64,000 bases of DNA from Octopus vulgaris (GCA_951406725.2 OX597837.1:15314001-15378000), one strand, 5' to 3'. Shown: positions 1-50,981, counted from the first letter of the stretch. Notes: generated from the sequence alone by a model not told the origin. Numbers and translations: made by a program.

Positions 1-1159
1 TGGAAACAAAGTTCTCTGTTCTCTCGGCAATGTAAACATTTTTCTTTGTGGAATGAGAAGAATAGGGAAATGAGTGCGCGCGTGCGTGTGAGTGTGTGTA
101 CATGCGCGTGCGCGTGGGTAGCAATTAGTAGTTGGCCAAGTCTAAAACACACACACACACATACACACACACACACACAAACATAAAAGCCAAGCACGAA
201 ACAAAACAACAAAAAAATCTCTTCTGAAGACATCTGGACGATGCTGGTTCCATTAGAAACATATATATGTGTGTGTGTGTGTATGTGTGAGTGTGTGTAT
301 GTGTACATATGTATATATATATATATATGTGTGTGTGTGTGCGCGTGTACATATCTATATCCATCCCGAAAATCCGTGAGAACTTCGTGCAATTCAACAG
401 TTCAACTCTTTTTGGCCGTGCAAAAACATTTATTCTTTCGTGGGCTTTCTTTCTTTTCTTTCTTTTCCTTCTTTTTTCCTTCTTTTTTTTTTCCTTCTTT
501 TTGTTCTCTCTCCACGTTTCCTTTGATCTACATAAAAACGTCAAGCACCGCACGTTAGAGTTATCTCCCGTATATTTGCCGCTCTTCAATTGAAGTTGAT
601 ACTGCTGATATGTGATGGAAACATCTGATACGTGTCAGCTCTCATGTATCAGGTTTCTGGCCCGTGGTGTTTGCGTTTGTTGTCTTCTCTTCTCTCCTAG
701 TGGCGGTGGCGGTGGGGATATAAAAGAAAAACCTGCTTCATTATTTACCGTCCTTCCCTCGACTATCAAAGACCGAGTATTGTTTTCTCACGATGTCATT
801 GCACTCCTCTTTGTAATATTCACCATAATATATATAAGTATTAAAGGAAGCAGGAGTAACCATTCGGCCGGCGGAGACCGCACCTTGGTTTCGATCCTGC
901 TTTGAAGTCACTTAATTTCTCTTACACTGCTAATGTTGTGCTTATAATCGGGGAATCACCCCACAGCCTCCAAAATAATAAAGCTTGTCCCGAAACTGAA
1001 AGCCTCTTTCTGAAAACAAAAACGTCAGGTTATTTTATTTTTATTAAATTATGTTAATAATAAGTAAAATGAATTTTTCAAAAATTTAAAAATTTATGTT
1101 ATAAAATAAAAGAAATAGAGATATTACCAGAATAACTGAACGATTATACTGCGAAACAA

Positions 1160-1390
1160 GGCGGCGAGCTGGCAGAACCGTTAGCACGCCGGGCGAAATG
1201 CGTAGCTGTATTTCGTTTGCCGTTACGTTCTGAGTTCAAATTCCGCCGAGGTCGTCTTTGCCTTTCATCCTTTCGGGGTCGATAAATTAAGTACCAGTTA
1301 CGCACTGGGGTCGATATAATCGACTTAATCCGTTTGTCTGTCCTTGTTTGTCCTCTCTGTATTTAGCCCCTTGTGGGAAGTAAAGAAACA
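1160..1390 (+). mobile_element. tRNA-derived SINE family A (central GCCTTTCATCCTTTCGGGGTCGATAAA domain) with a 16-bp TSD
   Basis: A/B-box-like head. GATTATACTGCGAAAC is duplicated at 1142-1157 and 1391-1406. Many further copies occur (about 9215-9465, 21163-21540, 23280-23490, 27078-27160, 53205-53535 on -, 55380-55572 on -). Confidence 0.88.
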
Positions 1391-2204
1391 GATTATACTG
1401 CGAAACCGAATAGATGTAGAGTTCAGACAAGAAAATTGTTTTCTGCGACTGACGACATACATGGAACTCTGAGTAGAATCGTAGTATTGCTCCGCAACCT
1501 TTTTACACTCGCGGCACACATAGTCTTTTGAAAATTCGATGGCACACCTGAACTAAAAATATAACTAAAAGTATAGGGAAAACATTATATTCTGGTTACA
1601 CTGTGACACACCAGTGTGCCGCCGCATACCCGTGGCGGAGGACTGGGATCTTTACCTTTTGACCGACAGATTTGAAAAATAATTTTTTGTAACTAAACAC
1701 TTTCAAACTTCGGACACTGGTAGAATGTGTCATATAAAACATCTTTTACTCTTAGCATTTTTGAGAAAAACTTATCTTTACGAAGTTATTTCACGTTAAA
1801 GTTCTCGTATTTCGGTAATTTCAACCAATCAATGACGTGTATTGCTTACACTTCTACAATGCACAAAATATTTCACCAAATTCTTTTATACAATTCCTAA
1901 CAATATGCAATTATAAAAATATAATAAAAAATTTTTAAACATTTTTTTTTTTAAACGGGGTCCAATTGAATAAAGTAGTAATTAAAGATGTCCACTGGCA
2001 AAAAAGGGTTAAGAACATTGACTTAGACTCTCAAATTATTTCTGATGCTTCTGCCATACTGCAGACAATTTCCTGCGGTTCCTTCCGTTTCTACGTCCTT
2101 CTGTCCCAGATCCATCCTTGCTATCCACTTGTTCGTGTGTTATAATACGAGGGAGTGCTGGAAAGTTCCTGGTTTTAAGGATGTTGCGAAAGGCCTGGCG
2201 GGAA

Positions 2205-2300
2205 GCCCAACGTTCCGAGTTTTTTTACAGGGCTTAGAAAAACTGAAGGACCACTGGAATAAGGGTGTGAATCTGAGAGAGGAATACGTTGAATAAAATT
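2205..2300 (+). pseudogene. Mariner transposase C-terminal fragment
   Basis: FLQGLEKLKDHWNKGVNLREEYVE* resembles the mariner ..GI.KL..RW.KC....G.Y.E* terminus. Confidence 0.6.
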
Positions 2301-2769
2301 ATAATGAACTGATTCTCTCTTTTTGACCACTAAGTTTTGGGGACGTAAACAAACCAACACCGGTTAAGTAGTGATTAGTACTCACACACATACATATATA
2401 CGATAGGCTTCATTCAGTTTCCATCTATCAAATCCACTCTCAAGGCTTTGGCTGGTCCGAGGCTATAGTGGAAGACCTAGAGTACCCTGGATGCTTCGCA
2501 GTGGGATTGAACCTGAAACCATGTGATTGGGAAGCAAACTTCTTAACAGCTTGCGATAGGTTTGCAACGTGATTCGTGACACAAACAGGAGGAGAAACAG
2601 AATCCCTTAAGTTACTTTTGAGGCCCCTTGACGAGATATATTTTAGGAAATTTGCTGCTAATTTTTATACACGACCAAAACTCACACAAACTTTCATTTA
2701 TTCTTGTGGACACAAAATTTACAGCAATTTTTATTCTGATTTTGTCTTATTTTTTTTCTTCCCATCCAG

Positions 2770-37369
<34,600 letters not shown>

Positions 37370-37419
37370 ACAGAGGACTCAATACTATATACAGTTAACA
37401 CATTATTGCCCATACACAT

Positions 37420-38085
<666 letters not shown>

Positions 38086-38772
38086 AAATAAGGCTATTAT
38101 ATTAAAGTGAGTTTAAAAATAACAATGGAAGATTGAGTGACTGGGTGATTCTGTACGGAGAGCAGAGTCAGATTTGTCCTGAAGGATCAGGTTGACTGGG
38201 ACTTCGAATTCGATACACACACACATTGGAATATTGGACATTTTGTTTCACTGGCAACGTTTGATAATCTCTGGTATTAGACAATCAGCAAAGAGAATAT
38301 TGGCGAGAACAATCAGACAGCAAAAGGATTAATAACGAACTGTTGACCAGTCAAGCAGCCAGGCAGACTGAGTTGTGTACAAACAGATACATTGACAGTC
38401 ACACACACACACAAACACATATGTATATACATAATATAACTTACATGCACACACAAACTAATGTGCATAGTCTATTAATTACCGTAATGATATTTACAGA
38501 CATATGTTTTGCATGTGTGCCTACCATCACATTGCATATTGAGATTTAGTGAAGGGAGTTTGTAATTAATGTCTCAACCTTCTGGAAATAGCAGTCAAAT
38601 CCCTCTTGGATTACACCTTCACTGTTTCTGAAAAAAAATACAAAATGAATTTATTCTATAATATTGTCTTGGACTTACAAAGATGAGAAAACGGCCGACG
38701 CTTGACTGCTTTTCATCATGGATCTGCCTGACCCAGGAACTACTTGCAATGCACCATACACATGCGTACATA

Positions 38773-38825
<53 letters not shown>

Positions 38826-39135
38826 CCACTCGTACACACTCACCTATGCTGACGTATATGCACACACATAAATGTGTCCAAAACTTTTGAGCAGCTTTTT
38901 TAGCTGCAAACATTATGCATATGTGTGGGTGGGTGGATGTTATGCACTCCTATACTCAACATACATTTACACATCAAGTGTACTATACACATGTCTATAA
39001 CACACACACAGACACACATACAGACACCCCCCCATTGGGGATCAAAAAAATTTACTCACAAAGACAAATATCGTTTCACAGCCCTCATATGTTGGTGTGC
39101 AAACCAGTGTATATAAAATTAAACGCATATACATA

Positions 39136-39179
<44 letters not shown>

Positions 39180-39284
39180 CCTGGTGCAGCTGCTGGCTTT
39201 CCAGACCTCAGTTAAACCGTCCAACCCATGATAACATGGAAAACGGACGTTAAACGATGATGACGATATATGTATCTACACACA

Positions 39285-39329
<45 letters not shown>

Positions 39330-39883
39330 GCACACACACACACACACAAACTCACTCACACACACACTTGATTAATCACCACAATAATTATAAAACTTCC
39401 ATATTAAAAAAAGAAAAGACTTCCTGATGACATAGATACATATACATACGTGTGTGTGTGTGTGTGTATGTGCATGTACATATTCTTGAGCATATATTAG
39501 TCATGTAAACATGTGCATGTGTGCACACATATGAACTGATGAACGCAATTATATGAAACGCCAGTCCCGGACTGGATACAATTTATATTCATGTAGCGCC
39601 ATCTTGGAGGTGAACAGAATTATAACGGAAGGCCAAAAGACATCCTCTGCGGACTGACGTGGAAACACAATGTCCCTCCTGCCACACATATTCCCTCCTC
39701 TTACTGCAACCTCTCACACATGTTTTATAATTATTACTATTGATATTATTATTATTATTTCAAAATATTTATTTTCTCCTTTCTTATTTATCCGTATGTA
39801 ATATAAATAACGAAAATTATGACTTTGAAACGCCAACCTCAACCTTTACCAATATATACTTAGGATGTATTATAACCTATCAG

Positions 39884-39972
<89 letters not shown>

Positions 39973-40026
39973 ATGAGTGTGTATGCATATATGCACATGT
40001 GTATATATGTGTGTATACGTGTATAT

Positions 40027-40065
<39 letters not shown>

Positions 40066-40156
40066 TGTATATATGTGTATATATATATGTATATATATGT
40101 ATATCTGTGTATATATACATGTGTGTATATATATGTATATATATGTGTGTGTGTAT

Positions 40157-40287
<131 letters not shown>

Positions 40288-40428
40288 TAAATTTGTTTAC
40301 AGTAAACGTTTTGAATACGCAAATGAAGCTCCTGTTCCTTTATGCCGGCCACAGTCTAAAGCTGGTGACTGGTGAACCAGTGTTTTGCGAGTTGCATCAA
40401 GCCATGCCAATATAATGTAGGATAAATA

Positions 40429-40793
40429 TAGTAGAAATAACAACAATCCTTGGATAGAATTTATAAGCATTCTAATGCATTGCTACACACGTTTCTACAA
40501 ATCGTATATCTCTTAAGATCACAGCCTGTATTCCGGGGATGATTACTATGTTGTCCATGGTATCCGTGGGTATCCGGTAGATCATCTTCAAGGATTCATT
40601 TAATGCTATATCGCCTGAAGAAATGAATCCACGAAGATGATCTACCAGATACCCACGGATACTATGGACTACACTGTAATCATCCCAAGAATACGGACTA
40701 TGATCATAAGAGACATATGATTTATGGAAACAGGCATATCATTGCATTAGAATATTAATAAATTTCATCCAAGGATTATTGTTATTATTACTA
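40429..40793. repeat. Older imperfect palindrome (~170-bp arms) abutting (TA)n
   Basis: 40429-40601 is an imperfect reverse complement of 40621-40793. Confidence 0.75.
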
Positions 40794-40803
40794 TCTGTAT
40801 ATA

Positions 40804-40876
<73 letters not shown>

Positions 40877-41139
40877 CAGTATATTTATATACGTGATCCA
40901 ACAGGCTGCAAAGAGGTTGGTGTTTGTGTATGCAAGACTAATCTAGTAAAATCTATAAACAAAACAAAAAAAAAAGAAACAAATACGGTGAACAAGCAAC
41001 CAATTCTTTCTTTTGTAACTGAGACGGTGTAAATCTCTGTTGTCCCTCATTAATTTCTCACCTTTCAACTTTTCCTTGAAGAAGGTCTCTATCCGAACGG
41101 TAAATTCACCTTAATTTTATAATCAATTTTACACCATAT

Positions 41140-41183
<44 letters not shown>

Positions 41184-41222
41184 CAGTATACACAGATATA
41201 TATATATATACACATATACATA

Positions 41223-41300
<78 letters not shown>

Positions 41301-41328
41301 GGTATGTAGAAAAATACAACATGGAATG

Positions 41329-41405
<77 letters not shown>

Positions 41406-41496
41406 CTCATAACAGCACACAATGTAAAAATGTATCATACCATTAAATACTTTTAATATATGTATTTGACAGAAATCATACGATGTTTGATACATG

Positions 41497-41539
<43 letters not shown>

Positions 41540-42174
41540 TGTACATACATATATATCATTTAATACCACTCGTAACCCTGGTTTAGTTAGCTGAACTTGT
41601 ACCATAAGATGTAACATAAGACGAAGCAATGTCTTAGTACTGTGAATATATTTATCATATTTCACTTAAGACTTATCATAACAACAACATATCACAACAA
41701 CACCAACAACAACATCAGTAACAGTTATATAGCAAAAGTCAGAACAGTACCAAAGCCGCAAGAACTGTAACAAGAACAAAAGCCACATCAGTTACATAGT
41801 AACAGCAACAACAATAACAACAACAGCAACAGTAATAGCAGGGATAACAACAATCATTATCAACAGCAGCAACAGTTGCAACAACAACTACCAGAACAGC
41901 AGCAGCAGCAGCAGTACCAAGGGTAACAACAGAGGAAATTGTACAGCAACAACAACTACCATAACAACACCATGGATAACAACAGCAGTGATTGTCAGAA
42001 CAATAACAGCGGGAATAACAACAACAACAGAAATGACAACAGCTGCAATAACAACAGCAATGGGATGTGTTTATTGAGCGAAAACCCCTAAAAGCTCCAC
42101 AGGCCCCGGCAGGAAGATGTTAACAAAGTTGAACTTCATTTGGAAGTGTTTTAATATCAATGCTGTTGGATTTT

Positions 42175-42282
<108 letters not shown>

Positions 42283-42289
42283 ACACACA

Positions 42290-42322
<33 letters not shown>

Positions 42323-42707
42323 AGAATTAATGAAATTCACGAAACATATTTAGTATTTTAAGCTTTACAAAACATGCACGTGTTTCTGCAATTCAACTGA
42401 TAGGATTACACATTTGCTTGTAGAAAATTACATAACCTTATTGAAACACATCCTCAGTACTTTGGTATACACACACACAGAGACACACACATAAATGTAT
42501 ATGAAGCCCAATGTAAATGGGTTTTTTTTGTAAAGATGTCGAAATATGAAAAACGAACAAACGGAAAGTTAAAATAGACACAATGGGGTTAAAAATATAA
42601 TACGGGTCATATATGATACTTTGATAGAGACGGAGATATTTTTCACTCACCTTGTTTATGTATGTAATATGTGTACGACGTGTGCGTATGTATGTATGTG
42701 TGTGTGC

Positions 42708-42776
<69 letters not shown>

Positions 42777-42971
42777 ACGTCATAAAAATTTAGTAAATTT
42801 TCAAGAGAACTTGAAAAAATTATGTTTCGGAAGATTGGATCTCGAAGTACATTACATAAAACTATAAATAACACCGTATAAACATTTTAATGCTATTATT
42901 TATAGACTTAACGTTATTTACATCGAGAGCAAATGTTCCAAAACACATGTCATATGTATATATATATGTGT

Positions 42972-43042
<71 letters not shown>

Positions 43043-43686
43043 ATACATATATATATATATACATATATATATGTTTATATATATACATATATATATGTGT
43101 ATATATATGTGTGTGTTTGTTTATTTATATATATATATATATATATGTATGTTTATATATATATATGTTACGCACATACATACGTCCATGCATGTCTACA
43201 TATATAGCCTCTTTTTGTAATGGCCAAACTATAAACATCCCTCTAACCAAATATATCGAAGGCCAAACGAACAATTTTTATATCTATTATATCTCTATAT
43301 GTAATTGTTTTATTATTGTTTTTGTTGTTTTTCATCTAAAACTGTTGTTTTTTTAAAATTCAAATCTTTGTATAAAAGCTTTTAACTCTCTGTTTTATTT
43401 CTTATTTCTTTATTTCTGTGATTATCTTTGAAAATCTATTTTAATTTCTTGAATGTTTGTGGAAATACGTATTACGTAAACAACAGCATTTATTGTTTTA
43501 CAGATTTCCAACGGGTTTAATAATCACTCCCTGATTGCGTTTTACGATGCCAAGAGCGACAATGGACAGTCTGTGTAAATTACAATCAGGATTTTTGTTT
43601 GAAAGCACCAGTTTATTGGTATCTTTCGATAGTGTTTACATCCTTTCGCTGATATACGTGTGTGTATGTGTATGTACGTACATACA

Positions 43687-43718
<32 letters not shown>

Positions 43719-43807
43719 CACACACACATACACGCATACATACATACATACATACATGCATGCATGCATGCATGCATACATACATACATACATACATACA
43801 TACATAA

Positions 43808-43841
<34 letters not shown>

Positions 43842-43845
<4 letters not shown>

Positions 43846-44142
43846 GAAATGAAGAAAATGCTGACAAAATAATTTAAGTAAGGGAGAGTGTATTTAATTA
43901 GGTGAAAGTTCTTTTTACCGGTTGCGCATTTGTTATGCTTATCAAAAGATATTTTGAGTGAGATAAAATCAATCAGAAAGGAACTCTATCTCTCTTAAAA
44001 AAATATCTTTTGATAAGCATAACAAATGCGCAACCGGTAAAAAGAACTTTCACCTAATTAAATACACTCTCCCTTACTTAAATTATTTTGTCAGCATTTT
44101 CTTCATTTCCTTTTTTTATATATCACAACTCGTGTTCCACAT

Positions 44143-44149
<7 letters not shown>
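43842..44149. mobile_element. Fold-back element (~114-bp inverted arms plus a ~36-bp tail) in (TA)n
   Basis: Arms 43842-43955 and about 44000-44113; tail TATATCACAACTCGTGTTCCACATC. Confidence 0.8.
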
Positions 44150-44211
<62 letters not shown>

Positions 44212-44909
44212 TTTATTTAAAAGTAGCAGAAATTCAACCTGTTTTGTTGAATTTCTGCTGCTTTTAAATAAAGCATATTACTCTACCCCTGGTATTTGAG
44301 TACTCTTTTTTTCCACCTTGTTTCACATTAATGTGTTTACTCCAGTATATATATATACATACATACATACATACATACATACATACATACATAGAAAAAA
44401 AAGTTGTCTGATTCTAGCAACAAGGCCAGCGATTTTGAGGACATCAATTTCCGGAACCTTTTGGCTAATATCTTATTTTTTTCGAACCTGGAGTGATAAG
44501 AAGCGTAGTTGACCATAGCGGGATTTGAACTCAGTACGTAAAGGAGCTGGAATCTGCGTGTCGCAAAACAATTTCTCCAACTCGTCGCTACCGATTCTGC
44601 CAGCTGGAGAAATTCGTGCCAAACGTACGTGGAATTGGATAATGGTGGCGGTGGTTGTGGTGTCACGATGACGGTGGCGGTAGATGTAAACGAAGGGAAG
44701 CAGTGGTAAGTCTCTTCGTTCGATAGTGATGATGGTGGTGGTGGTAGTGGTTGCGTAGTGATGGTATTGATGGGGTCGGTGGTGATGGTGGTGGTAGTGG
44801 CGGTGGTGATGGTGGCGGTGATGGTACAAGATTTATGAACTGTTTTATTGTCCATAAAAACTAGTGAAAGCTAAACGGGTTTTTGTTGAGAAATTTTATT
44901 GGTGCCTTT

Positions 44910-44940
<31 letters not shown>

Positions 44941-45697
44941 CGGTGGTACTCGTGATGGTGGTAGTGGCGGTGGTGGTGTTGGTGGTGATCTAGCAAATGG
45001 GTCTCCGTCAGTTTCGACGGTAAGTATTGAATAATTCGGTCAACTGACCTCCCTCCCCTTTTGATTAAATGTGTAAATGGTTGAGTATACTACAGACACA
45101 GACACATGATTACCCTTAACGTAATTCTCAATTGGTATCAGTCTAACACCAATGTGTGACAAAGCTGGATCTTTGACACTCGGGGGGGGGGGGGAGGGTA
45201 AAATTTACCAAACAGGTTTCTGCACAGTTTCCATCTACCCAAATTCACGAAACCTATTTGTCGATTTGAAGCAAAAAAAAAACCCCAAAAAAACTTGATC
45301 AAGATGCCGTGCAATGGGATCGAACCTGCAACTCCAAAGCGAAACTCTTAATCATTTGGCCATGCTGTAATCCACAGTAGTATAGTGTTGCTTGTAGCTG
45401 TTACGTAATAGCCACCTGCTTAATTCTACTGTATCTTTTATCGTTTACTTGTTTCAATCATTGGACTGCGGCCATGCTGGGGCATCACCTTATATTCTTA
45501 TAATTAAATATTATAAAGATCAACTCTTTTCTGTTTTGGTTGGTTCAGTCATTTGATTGCGGCCATGCTGGAGCACCGCCTTTAGTCGAACAAATCGAAC
45601 CCAGGACATATTCTTTGAAGCCTAGTACTTATTCTATCGGACTCTTTTGTCGATCCGTTAAGTTACAGGGACGTAAACAAACAAACAACGGTTATGT

Positions 45698-45752
<55 letters not shown>

Positions 45753-45753
<1 letters not shown>

Positions 45754-46059
45754 AAAAAGGAGATGTGGAACACGAGTTGTGATATATAAAAAAAGGAAAT
45801 GAAGAAAATGCTGACAAAATAATTTAAGTAAGGGAGAGTGTATTTAATTAGGTGAAAGTTCTTTTTACCGGTTGCGCATTTGTTATGCTTATCAAAAGAT
45901 ATTTTTTAAAGAGAGATAGAGTTCCTTTCTGATTGATTTTATCTCACTCAAAATATCTTTTGATAAGCATAACAAATGCGCAACCGGTAAAGAGAACTTT
46001 CACCTAATTAAATACACTCTCCCTTACTTAAATTATTTTGTCAGCATTTTCTTCATTTC

Positions 46060-46063
<4 letters not shown>
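45753..46063. mobile_element. Second, inverted copy of the 43842-44149 fold-back element
   Basis: Loop and tail are the reverse complement of copy 1, with very few differences. Confidence 0.8.
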
Positions 46064-46141
<78 letters not shown>

Positions 46142-46202
46142 GTATATATATATATGTATATATATATACATATACATATACATTATATATATATATATAA
46201 AT

Positions 46203-46256
<54 letters not shown>

Positions 46257-46269
46257 TGTGTGTATATAT

Positions 46270-46422
46270 GTGGCTGTGTGGTAAGTAGCTTGCTTACGAA
46301 CCACATGGTTCTGGGTTCAGTCCCACTGCGTGGCACCTTGGGCAAGTGTCTTCTACTATAGCCTCGGGCTGACCAAAGCCTTGTGAGTGGATTTAGTAGA
46401 CGGAAACTGAAAGAAGCCCGTC

Positions 46423-46486
<64 letters not shown>

Positions 46487-46690
46487 ATGTTTGTGTGTTG
46501 TGTTTGTCGCCCCCCCCAACATCGGTTGACAACCGATGCTGGTGTGTTTACGTCCCCGTAGCTTAGCGGTTCGGCAAGAGAGACCGATAGAATAAGCACT
46601 AGGCTAACAAAGAATAAGTCCTGGGGGCGATTTGCTCGACTAAAGGCGGTGCTCCAGCATGGCCACAGTCAAATGACTGAAACAAGTAAA
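46270..46690 (+). mobile_element. SINE family B, near full-length copy
   Basis: Colinear with 14744-15145. Confidence 0.87.
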
Positions 46691-46694
46691 TGAG

Positions 46695-46725
<31 letters not shown>

Positions 46726-46760
46726 CATATATATATACATATTTTGTTAGATTTCTGCTG

Positions 46761-46817
<57 letters not shown>

Positions 46818-47629
46818 GTTTGTGTTTGTCCCTCCACATCTTTACAACCAGTGCTGGATTGTTGACGTCCCTGTGACTCTGCGGTTCGGCAAAAGTGTCA
46901 ACCAAGTATTTGGGTTGTCCATAAAAACCGGCTTTCGTTGCTTTTTATGGACAGCAAAATGGTTCATACATCTTGTACCATCACCACCGCCGTCACCACT
47001 ACCATTACCACAGCCAAGACGATGCCCCAGCATGGCCGCAGTCCAATGACTGAAACAAGTAAATGACGAAAGATGATAGACTCCGTAGAGATTTTCTCGT
47101 TGACCGTTTTCAAGGTTTCAGATGCATTTTTGGCAAAAGGGTATCAAAAGGGTAGTAAAAAAGTGCAAAAGATTTTCAAGGGTTGCAGACCCCCATTTCG
47201 TCAATAAGGAACTTGTGACAACGGCAGGAACAACCCCCACCCACCTTGTTCTTGTAGTTGTTATTGATGTCTTTGTTTAAACGAAACTTGTAGGGTGGGG
47301 GTGAGGTGGGGTACGTGTATCCCAGCATTCCGTGAGATGTCTTCTCTTCAGGATTCCTTCTTCGATGTCGACAAGCAAAGGAGAATAACAACAACAATAA
47401 TAATAATAATAATAAAAGAAGAAGAAAAAGGAAGGCTGGTACCAGTGCGTGTGTGGTCCATTCCCTGGTGGTCTTCGAGTACTTTATATACACTTCGTGT
47501 CTTCTTTCGTCTTCTTCATATATTATATTTATATACACACTCACAGACATATACACAAATATGTACGTGTGTATAATCATATATTTGTGTGTGTGTATCT
47601 CCATCTCTCTCTCCCTCTCTCTGCACATG

Positions 47630-47674
<45 letters not shown>

Positions 47675-47688
47675 ATACATATATATAC

Positions 47689-47719
<31 letters not shown>

Positions 47720-47953
47720 GATGCGTGTGTGAGTGCATATAAACATGTATGTACGTGTATATATGTGTGCGCGTATGCACACACACACACACAAGAACAT
47801 GCATACGCACACTCCTCCTCCCCGCACGACCCGAGACACTCGACGCTGCCCGGGTGTTGAAGTTTGGTTGTTATATGGGGGGGGGTAAAAGAGAGTCAGA
47901 AAAATAGTAAACCTGTCCCTGGACGTTAAAATTTGGCATCCAGCCTTCTGTAC

Positions 47954-47999
<46 letters not shown>

Positions 48000-48225
48000 G
48001 TACATACACACATACATACACACATACATTTATACACACCCACATATACATATATACATACATACATATCATACACACACACATATATATTTATTGATAG
48101 AAATGTTAAGACAACAAAAGAAAGAAAGAGACTTCGATATTATGTAAATAGAGGAATTTATCTGTAAATGTAATATGTGACAATTATTCGGCAGCCAAGA
48201 TAAAACTCCGAAACTCGGAGTTTAC

Positions 48226-48306
<81 letters not shown>

Positions 48307-48335
48307 CATATATATATATATATATACATATATGC

Positions 48336-48368
<33 letters not shown>

Positions 48369-48403
48369 TGCATATATATATATATATTCAAACACACAAA
48401 CAA

Positions 48404-48483
<80 letters not shown>

Positions 48484-48548
48484 ATTCGTTAGTTACTGCA
48501 CGCATTTTTTATCTCTCCTTCTTTCTGTGTTTTTTTTCTCTCTGTGTA

Positions 48549-48586
48549 TCTTTCTGTTGAAGAGCGTAGGCTCGAAACGTTAAAGA
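48549..48586 (+). ncRNA. Minimal hammerhead-like motif (A6U core variant)
   Basis: TCTTT-CTGTTGA-A-GAGC gtag GCTC-GAAA-CG-TT-AAAGA. Confidence 0.55.
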
Positions 48587-48790
48587 CTTGTTTTACTTAT
48601 ATTTCCTGAGCGCCATACTAATACAATTGTTTGTTTGTTTCCCACCTGCATTCGTCTTTTGTCTATTTTCATAAAGCTTCCCGTTATATATATATATATA
48701 GGGAGAGTTTACGAAAAAAACAAAAGACGAAGACAGGTGGTGTACAAAACAAACAGATATATTAGTATAACGCTCAGGAATAGAAAAAGT

Positions 48791-48826
48791 CTTTTACGTT
48801 TCGAGCCTACGCTCTTCTACAGAAAG
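48791..48826 (-). ncRNA. Minimal hammerhead-like motif (A6U core variant)
   Basis: On -: CTTT-CTGTAGA-A-GAGC gtag GCTC-GAAA-CG-TA-AAAG. Confidence 0.55.
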
Positions 48827-48886
48827 GGACACAGAAAAAAACAAGGAGAGAGAAAAATGTGTGTAGTGGCTAACGATCTATCATTG

Positions 48887-48927
<41 letters not shown>

Positions 48928-48993
48928 GACAGACATGCATACATAATACATACGTACATACATACATACATACATACATCACCATACATACAT

Positions 48994-49045
<52 letters not shown>

Positions 49046-49209
49046 GGAAATAGAGAAATACAATTTACATATTAAAAATTTATTTGCATTGTAATATAAT
49101 ATAATTATAAAAATATATAGTATTACATAATTCGGTTATAAAGAAATTAATGCAAAAATTTGTATAGCTTTTTTATTAACAGTAAATATGTCGTTGGAAT
49201 TGCAAAATG

Positions 49210-49620
49210 TTGGTAAAGAAACTCTTCCTCTCAACAAAGGTGCTACTCCATATAACCTCCATTATATGCGATGCATTTGTGGCCTTCACTGAACCCAATT
49301 CTCGAATCCTCTTTGAAAAAAGTCGAATATGCCACTTTTGAGCCCATCTCGTCACAGCTCCATTCCCTTCGTCTCTGAGTTTAATTCGCTCTTCACGTTT
49401 CAGCCATGTTCCGGAAAATCAAAGAGAACGACCCCTTTGCCATTTGCCAAACCATTCACACCAACTTCCTGTGTGCCATTCGTTGATTTTTAAAGTTCTT
49501 AGATTTTGGAGAAGAGATGTGGTGCCTTTGCATGGATTGAACATTCGTTTCCGCATTTATCATAAAGCGTACAAGCTCCTGACAAAATCCAATGAAGCAG
49601 AAATCCATCTACCAATCTCA
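49210..49620 (-). pseudogene. Mariner transposase relic
   Basis: ETNVQSMQRHHISSPKSKNFK...KGVVLFDFPEHG on -, typical of the mariner catalytic-domain start. Confidence 0.65.
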
Positions 49621-49846
49621 TCGGTCGCTGTCAAAACGATTTTCGTCTGCCCCTGACAAATATTGTGTTTTAAACACAGCACGTCCATAAAAAAAGGTTT
49701 TCTCCAGAAGAATACCGCAGTAAATTTGCCTGCCACGCAGTGGAACTGAACCCTCAACCATGTGGTTGGGAAGCAAATTTCTTACATACACACACAGTGT
49801 GTGTATGTATATATCTATATATATACATATATACACACATACATAC

Positions 49847-49882
<36 letters not shown>

Positions 49883-50680
49883 GCACACACACATATATAT
49901 ATATATATACATAATCACATACAATATTGTGATTCTGTTGGCATGAACAAATACTAAAGGCACTTGGTATCAGAGGACAAAGAATATTACACATACACAC
50001 ACTCACACAACCAACCAACCAACCAACCAACCAAACACACAATCGCACACACACGTGTGCGTAGGTGCTTGTATATGTACCTGTGTATATATGTGTGTGT
50101 GTGCGTTCCGATCTCTACATAATATATGTGGAGAGGTTAGAGACCCCCCCTACACACACACCCATCCAGTTATACATCATCACCTGTTAATTTTCTATTT
50201 TTCATTAATACATCAGGCAACCGGCAAACCATTCAACCGTGAATACAGCTAGTCACCCGTGAACACAACCGCCCATATACCCACCCCCTTTAAATAACCA
50301 CCCTGCATATTCAGCCAGACAAACAACCATCGGAATGCTGCTGTTGTTGTTGTTGCTTGTTTGTTTGTTTATCCCAGCCTAAGTCGACCCACGATCAAAC
50401 CCGTTCCAAACGTTCTGTCTCTCCTGCTTGCCATAGAATATCTTGGACTACGACACCGAGTGTAATTTGAGAAAGAATTAGTTGCTATTTTTAGCAGGTC
50501 GGGCGACCACATAAAGGCTTCATAGTTGAGCTGCCATCGGTATATCTATTCTTCTTTTCCTCTAGTCTTTTACTTGTTTTAGTCATTAGACTGTAGCCAT
50601 GCTGGAGCACCGCTTGGAAGGTTTCTAGTCGAAATCAAACCCAGCACTAAATTCCACACGTATATCTATATCTGTCTATA

Positions 50681-50732
<52 letters not shown>

Positions 50733-50755
50733 TATATATATATATATATGATGTG

Positions 50756-50799
<44 letters not shown>

Positions 50800-50981
50800 T
50801 ATATATATATATATATGATGTATATATATATATGATGTATATATATATATATATATACATTATATATATATATATGATGTATATATATATTTATATATAT
50901 ATATGTATATATATACATATATATGTGTATATATATATATATACATATATATATGTATATACATATATATATATTAATATG

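Noticed and set aside
1-2769. Notum first exon or promoter
   Set aside because: No signal-peptide or CNDGSPAG-encoding exon was found; it must lie upstream of the window.
41070-41105. TTGAAGAAGGTCTCTATCCGAACGGTA hammerhead-like string
   Set aside because: GAAA and the helices are incomplete; too degenerate to call.
41690-42060. Possible poly-Q/N/T coding exon
   Set aside because: Degenerate (AAC/AGC)n repeat with stops and no splice context.
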